Positions 59,485-64,000 of a DNA stretch of 64,000 bases are shown here, piece by piece. This DNA comes from Nitrosopumilaceae archaeon (GTDB lineage Archaea; Thermoproteota; Nitrososphaeria; Nitrososphaerales; Nitrosopumilaceae). A program made the position numbers and the translations under genes. Positions within the stretch are counted from its first letter, which is position 1; every line of letters begins with the position of its first letter. The notes below the pieces were generated by a model that was not told the DNA's origin, searched no databases, and saw only the letters and a list, made by a program, of their open reading frames with translations. The DNA is taken from contig CBDATR010000024.1 in NCBI GenBank assembly GCA_965200155.1, positions 160,001 to 224,000 on the forward strand. The letters run 5' to 3'.

Positions 59485-60408
59485 TTGTTCATATCCCCGG
59501 TGTATTTTGACGCCATAGTGTTCTCCAGCCTGTTGGTATTACTTAGCTTGGGGCTCACCCTCACATACCTCACCACCAGGGTACCCAATTTTGCTCATGC
59601 GTCATTTGCCACCATAGGCGTATTCATGACGCTGATAGTCATACGAGTCTGGGAGTCAAATCCCTACATAGCCATACCCATCGCATTTGTGATATCCGGT
59701 CTCGTAGCCGTTGCATTATATGTCACCGTGCTCAAGCCCCTTGCCAAAAGAGGGGCGACAGAGGCCATGCAGATGATCGCAACCCTGGCATTTGACATGA
59801 TACTTATCGCGGCCCTGAACATATTAGCCGATTATCTGACAGACTTGTTCCGCATAAAGGCAAGGGAGTTTACCCTGCGCAGTTACGACTTGGATTTTTT
59901 TGACCTGCCCATGATAGTGGTCGTAGCCCCCCTTGCGGTAATTGCAATAGTCGTGACACTATACTTCATGCTCAAAAAGACAAAGTTTGGAATTGCGGTA
60001 CGCGCCGCCACGGTGAATCCGGACCTCTCCGGCACTGTGGGAATAAACGTAAAGGCCGTCTTTGCCGTGGCGTGGATAATAGCAGGGGGTTTGGCAGGAA
60101 TAGCCGGAGCCCTGATGGCACTGTGGTTCCTGGGAGATCCCAACTTGGGGCCACTCATAATACCCAGTATCTTTGCGGCAAGCATAGCTGGCGGTTTTCT
60201 GAGCATATTCGGAGCCGTAGCCGGTGGACTTTTAGTGGGATTTGCAGAGGTCCTGGGCACACTCTTCTTGGCTGGCCAGCTGGGTTCCTGGGTTATCGCG
60301 TATAGGCCACTGATACCCCTTATCATAATAGCCATTGTTCTAATGTTCATGCCCCATGGCATCACCGGTGTAAACTGGTACAAGATAAGGAGCAGGATAT
60401 GGCGCTAG
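59485..60408 (+). CDS. livH: Branched-chain amino acid ABC permease, LivH type
   Basis: LGLTL...NFAH, TKFGIAVRA...N......GIN, LAGIAG. Confidence 0.9.
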   Translation: MFISPVYFDAIVFSSLLVLLSLGLTLTYLTTRVPNFAHASFATIGVFMTLIVIRVWESNPYIAIPIAFVISGLVAVALYVTVLKPLAKRGATEAMQMIATLAFDMILIAALNILADYLTDLFRIKAREFTLRSYDLDFFDLPMIVVVAPLAVIAIVVTLYFMLKKTKFGIAVRAATVNPDLSGTVGINVKAVFAVAWIIAGGLAGIAGALMALWFLGDPNLGPLIIPSIFAASIAGGFLSIFGAVAGGLLVGFAEVLGTLFLAGQLGSWVIAYRPLIPLIIIAIVLMFMPHGITGVNWYKIRSRIWR

Positions 60409-61460
60409 ACTCTGCGTTTATCTTCATAACCGACCTTATTGCCATATTTGCAATATACGCCATCATAAACCTGAGTCTTAATCTGGAGTTCGGGTACGCG
60501 GGCGTTCCCAACTTCGGCAAAGTGCTCGCAGTGGGAGCTGGCGCTTTTGTGGCCGCCTCTGTACCAGGCCGCATAATAGCAGGTATAGCCGGTGTCGAGG
60601 GAGATTACATACAGCAAAATCTCTTTGTGGTATCTCAGCTAAACGATTGGCTGGTACTTAATGCAGGCATAGGCATAGTCATATTCCTGTTTACGCTGGG
60701 GATTGCAGCAGTGGTGGGTGGCGCCTTGGGTGCCATAACTGCATATCCTGCTCTGCGACTGCGAGGGGATCACCTAGCCATCACGCTACTGGCCTTTGGG
60801 GAGAGCATACGTATTATAGGAAACAACTTCCCACCACTGGTAGGCGGTACGCTGGGAGTGCAGGTTCCGGATCCGCTCTCATTCTTGCCTGACGAGGTAA
60901 GGTTTCCCGCCGCCAGTATCATCCTGCTCGCAATGGCGGCCATAGTTTACGTATACTGCGAGTATACAATCCGCTCGCCATTGGGACGCTCCCTGCGGTC
61001 ATTACGGGACAACGAGGTAGCTGCCGAATCAGTAGGAAAGGATGTGAATCGCATGCGCATCAAGACAATCATGGTAGCTTCTGCCCTGGCTGCCATCGCC
61101 GGTGCCCTCTATGCCATATACGTAAGCAGTACAATTGCCATCGCGTATGATCGCGCCAGCTGGACTTTCTGGCCATTCCTTATGATTCTCATAGGCGGTT
61201 TGGCCAACAACAAGGGCATACTCCTGGGAACACTGATATTTGTTGCACTGCGCAAGTTAATCATATTCTTCAAGGACTCTTTCCAAGGGTTTGTTCCGTT
61301 TGATGTGGTGTGGCTGGACCTGCTACTGCTAGGAGGCATACTGCTTGTAGTCCTGCTCTTCCGCCCGCAAGGAATAATTGCCGAAAAGACAACCCACACA
61401 CTGGGCTCACCCAGCAGGGCAAAGGGCGTAAAGCGCATATTCAACCTGCTCTTCCGGTGA
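60399..61460 (+). CDS. livM: Branched-chain amino acid ABC permease, LivM type
   Basis: LNLEFGYAG..NFG, LRLRGDHLAITLLAFGE, SPLGR.LR..RDNE.AA, RPQG. Confidence 0.92.
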   Translation: MALDSAFIFITDLIAIFAIYAIINLSLNLEFGYAGVPNFGKVLAVGAGAFVAASVPGRIIAGIAGVEGDYIQQNLFVVSQLNDWLVLNAGIGIVIFLFTLGIAAVVGGALGAITAYPALRLRGDHLAITLLAFGESIRIIGNNFPPLVGGTLGVQVPDPLSFLPDEVRFPAASIILLAMAAIVYVYCEYTIRSPLGRSLRSLRDNEVAAESVGKDVNRMRIKTIMVASALAAIAGALYAIYVSSTIAIAYDRASWTFWPFLMILIGGLANNKGILLGTLIFVALRKLIIFFKDSFQGFVPFDVVWLDLLLLGGILLVVLLFRPQGIIAEKTTHTLGSPSRAKGVKRIFNLLFR

Positions 61461-61589
61461 TATACGCGTCATGCCATAACGCCGGTATATCCGGCTACAG
61501 AATCGCCCTATAAGACACGACCCAAATGGCGCGTCAACAGACACTGTTGATTCACTAGAATACTGATAAGATCCCGTGATCTACACACG

Positions 61590-62264
61590 TCAGGGCCAGG
61601 CAGCGCACTCAGGTATATCACGATTTGGTACAAGGATACAAATTCCCGTTTCGCCTGTATGTTCCGCATCATCGGCAGTGCCAAACTTGCCATCCGGTCC
61701 CACCATCTCAGGATCCCAGTCAGTACTATTGCGCATCATATACTGCCCTATATTCGCGGGACCCTCCTGTATTGTGATGGGTCCCAGGCATTCGCCGTCC
61801 GGTTTGCATATTATTATTCTGTCACCCTCATCAATCTCGTACGCAGGAGGAAGGCTGCGGGGATCCTCTGCATATACTGGAAGTCCAGAGAAATCCATGC
61901 TCAGGAATAACGGAGTACCAAAAAAGTCAACGGTTGCCACATCTTCTACACAGGTACCGCCTATACACATCTCATATGGCATACCCGCGTACAATGCCAT
62001 GTACTCCGGCTCAAGTTCTGGCACTATCTCGGCAACCGTGGTCACGGCATCCTGCGCGGCAGGTATTATCACATCGGTGGCATCAATTACCTCTTGTACT
62101 CCCGGAACGTCCTCGCGTATATCCGAGATGGTCTCATCTACACTGTCGCGTACGGGAACAAACTGCTCCAACAAATCGGTCTGGTATATCAGGTAGTATA
62201 ACGAGAACCCCACGGCTCCCAGTATTATTATCACCTTTATGAGACCAAGTATCATACAATTCAC
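61590..62264 (-). CDS. Membrane-anchored acidic hypothetical protein
   Basis: N-terminal TM, paired Cys, GPDGKFGTADD. Confidence 0.65.
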   Translation of the reverse strand: MNCMILGLIKVIIILGAVGFSLYYLIYQTDLLEQFVPVRDSVDETISDIREDVPGVQEVIDATDVIIPAAQDAVTTVAEIVPELEPEYMALYAGMPYEMCIGGTCVEDVATVDFFGTPLFLSMDFSGLPVYAEDPRSLPPAYEIDEGDRIIICKPDGECLGPITIQEGPANIGQYMMRNSTDWDPEMVGPDGKFGTADDAEHTGETGICILVPNRDIPECAAWP

Positions 62265-62383
62265 CCCTGTTGTGTTTTTGATTGCATTTTTAGCTTATAA
62301 CCAGATGCCCAGGTTTGATAGTAGTGCGCGTCCATGCCATAGATTTTGACTACAAGATGGCAATCCGCTATCGGTAATACAGG

Positions 62384-62484
62384 GTGTGAGTTCACCTGTG
62401 TCTAAATTTACGCACAACTGATGGAACAGGTTGTTCTAGTTAATGTGATTTGTGCAGAAGATTCCGGAAGACGTGAACTCATAC
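62384..62484 (-). mobile_element. MITE variant
   Basis: 8-bp TSD AATACAGG. Confidence 0.95.
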
Positions 62485-62755
62485 AATACAGGCGTTACGG
62501 TAATGACAGAACGGCATCTCGGGGTACTGGTCTATCGCCGGTACCATAAAGACGTGACTGATATGCCCGGACTTGAATACAGACTAATGAAAAAGCGGCC
62601 GGAAGGGCATAAATGACAGGATCCAGAAAGAATGGATGGCACATGACCGGCAGACGTAAATACGCATACGAGAACCAGACGCAACCGTTTAGGTCGCGTA
62701 AAATAACAGACAACCATCATGGGCATTTGTGAGGTATTATGATAGAAAAGGCAAG

Positions 62756-62856
62756 GTATGAGTTCACGCCTTCCGGAATCTTGTGCACAAATCACATTAA
62801 CTAGAACAACCTGTTCCATCAGTTGTGCGTAAATTTAGACACAGGTGAACTCATAC
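62756..62856 (+). mobile_element. MITE variant
   Basis: 8-bp TSD AAGGCAAG. Confidence 0.95.
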
Positions 62857-63020
62857 AAGGCAAGAAGAGATATGCTCGCGTGTATTTCAAACGGTTGTCT
62901 ACGGGTGACATAAACGATACGGGTCAGACTGTATGGGACAGATACATTAATTCCACACACGTGTAATTTTATTATAAAATATGTCATTCTGTTTAAATAA
63001 CCGCAAGAATACTTGTTGAT

Positions 63021-63368
63021 GTGGCTAGAAAAACCACTCTGCCCCAGCTTGTGAAATATGACGTGTCGCAAAAGATTCTACAGACACTGGCAGATGCAGA
63101 GGCCCGGGCCCTACTCTTCTCTGTCATAAAGGAGAAGAAAAGTGCCGCGGAGCTAGCCGAGAACCTCAATATCCCACTTAGTTCAGTATACAAAAAGCTG
63201 GCCACACTAGAGGAGTTAGCCCTTATCGAGGTTTCATATACAGTAGTGGAGTACACACGGAAACGATTCAAGATGTATTATAGCCGCATAGCCAAGGCAG
63301 AGATCGATATCCGCAAGCCCCATTTAGATCCGGACTCGCTGAGACTCATCCCCAACTTAGGCTCATGA
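63021..63368 (+). CDS. ArsR-like winged-helix regulator
   Basis: LAD..AR.LL..KSAAELA....IPLSSVYKKL..LEEL.LI. Confidence 0.88.
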   Translation: MARKTTLPQLVKYDVSQKILQTLADAEARALLFSVIKEKKSAAELAENLNIPLSSVYKKLATLEELALIEVSYTVVEYTRKRFKMYYSRIAKAEIDIRKPHLDPDSLRLIPNLGS

Positions 63369-63709
63369 CCAGCAGGTCTCCAGTAATACGGATGAGTGAG
63401 TTTGACGTAACGCAGAGGATCATAGAGGCGGTAAGTAGTGTGAGTACTAGGGCCATCCTATTCTCCGTGTTGCACCAAGCCAAGGATGCCAATCATATCG
63501 CCATGGAGCTGCAGCTCTCCGTATCTACAGTATACAAGGCACTTACACATTTGGAGAATCTGGCACTAATCGTTGTAGAGAGATATTCGCTGGACGATGG
63601 AAAGAAGATCAAGATGTATCGGAGCCGCATAGGCCGTGTAGAGATAAACATGACCGGAACAGAACCAATACTGAACCTTTATCCCAATATCAAGGACCAG
63701 AAGGCCTAG
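63365..63709 (+). CDS. ArsR-like winged-helix regulator, paralogue of the upstream gene
   Basis: Shared DV.Q.I, LFSV, S.VYK.L..LE.LALI, KMY.SRI. Confidence 0.88.
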   Translation: MTSRSPVIRMSEFDVTQRIIEAVSSVSTRAILFSVLHQAKDANHIAMELQLSVSTVYKALTHLENLALIVVERYSLDDGKKIKMYRSRIGRVEINMTGTEPILNLYPNIKDQKA

Positions 63710-64000
63710 TCACTGCCCCCCGGGACGCGGATCCTGCCAAGGCGGCATACTTTGCTAGGGCACCATGCGTATAGTTGGGTTTTGGTGGACTCCATGCCTT
63801 CTTGCGGGATTCCATGTCATCTGCCAGTACATCCAGGGTATTGGTCTCGATATCTATCCTTATTGTATCGCCATCACGCACCAGCGCGATGGGTCCGCCT
63901 ACATATGCCTCCGGGGATACATGGCCAACCATAAACCCCCTGGTTCCGCCGGAGAATCGGCCATCAGTAACCATGGCAACCTTGCGGCCCAGTCCCTGGC
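63690..64000 (-). CDS. ilvD: Dihydroxy-acid dehydratase, C-terminal part (runs off window)
   Basis: [38 protein letters not shown]...SASRGA. Confidence 0.96.
   Translation of the reverse strand, partial: QGLGRKVAMVTDGRFSGGTRGFMVGHVSPEAYVGGPIALVRDGDTIRIDIETNTLDVLADDMESRKKAWSPPKPNYTHGALAKYAALAGSASRGAVTRPSGP

Overview
Chromosomal segment of an ammonia-oxidising-type archaeon (Nitrososphaerota, Nitrosopumilaceae-like), judged from the minus-strand 16S-23S operon (no tRNA in the spacer, no adjacent 5S) and typical thaumarchaeal genes (nop5-fibrillarin, rnhB, purC, mqnD, TFE-beta-like gene, rlmE, trm1, apt-mtnP, nadM, ilvD, CFI-box surface protein). Core genes are interleaved with a very dense, mostly decayed mobilome: 19 full copies of a ~92-bp MITE sharing termini and 8-bp target duplications (TSDs) with an IS66-family element, five degenerate IS481 copies, IS5-family elements (one apparently intact), and a TnpB-only element. 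The best candidate for something new is that TnpB element, which is bounded by ~22-bp terminal inverted repeats (TIRs) and TA dinucleotides (IS630/Tc1-mariner-like ends) instead of IS200/IS605 ends. Other leads: a 37-bp repeat / 35-bp spacer / 37-bp repeat unit inside one IS481 copy, two TSD-bounded composite units, a TFE-beta-like protein with a perfect 93-bp tandem repeat, and an LpxA-like acyltransferase in an archaeon. Coordinates were counted by eye and may be off by a few bases. No database search was run, so family calls rest on recognised motifs.
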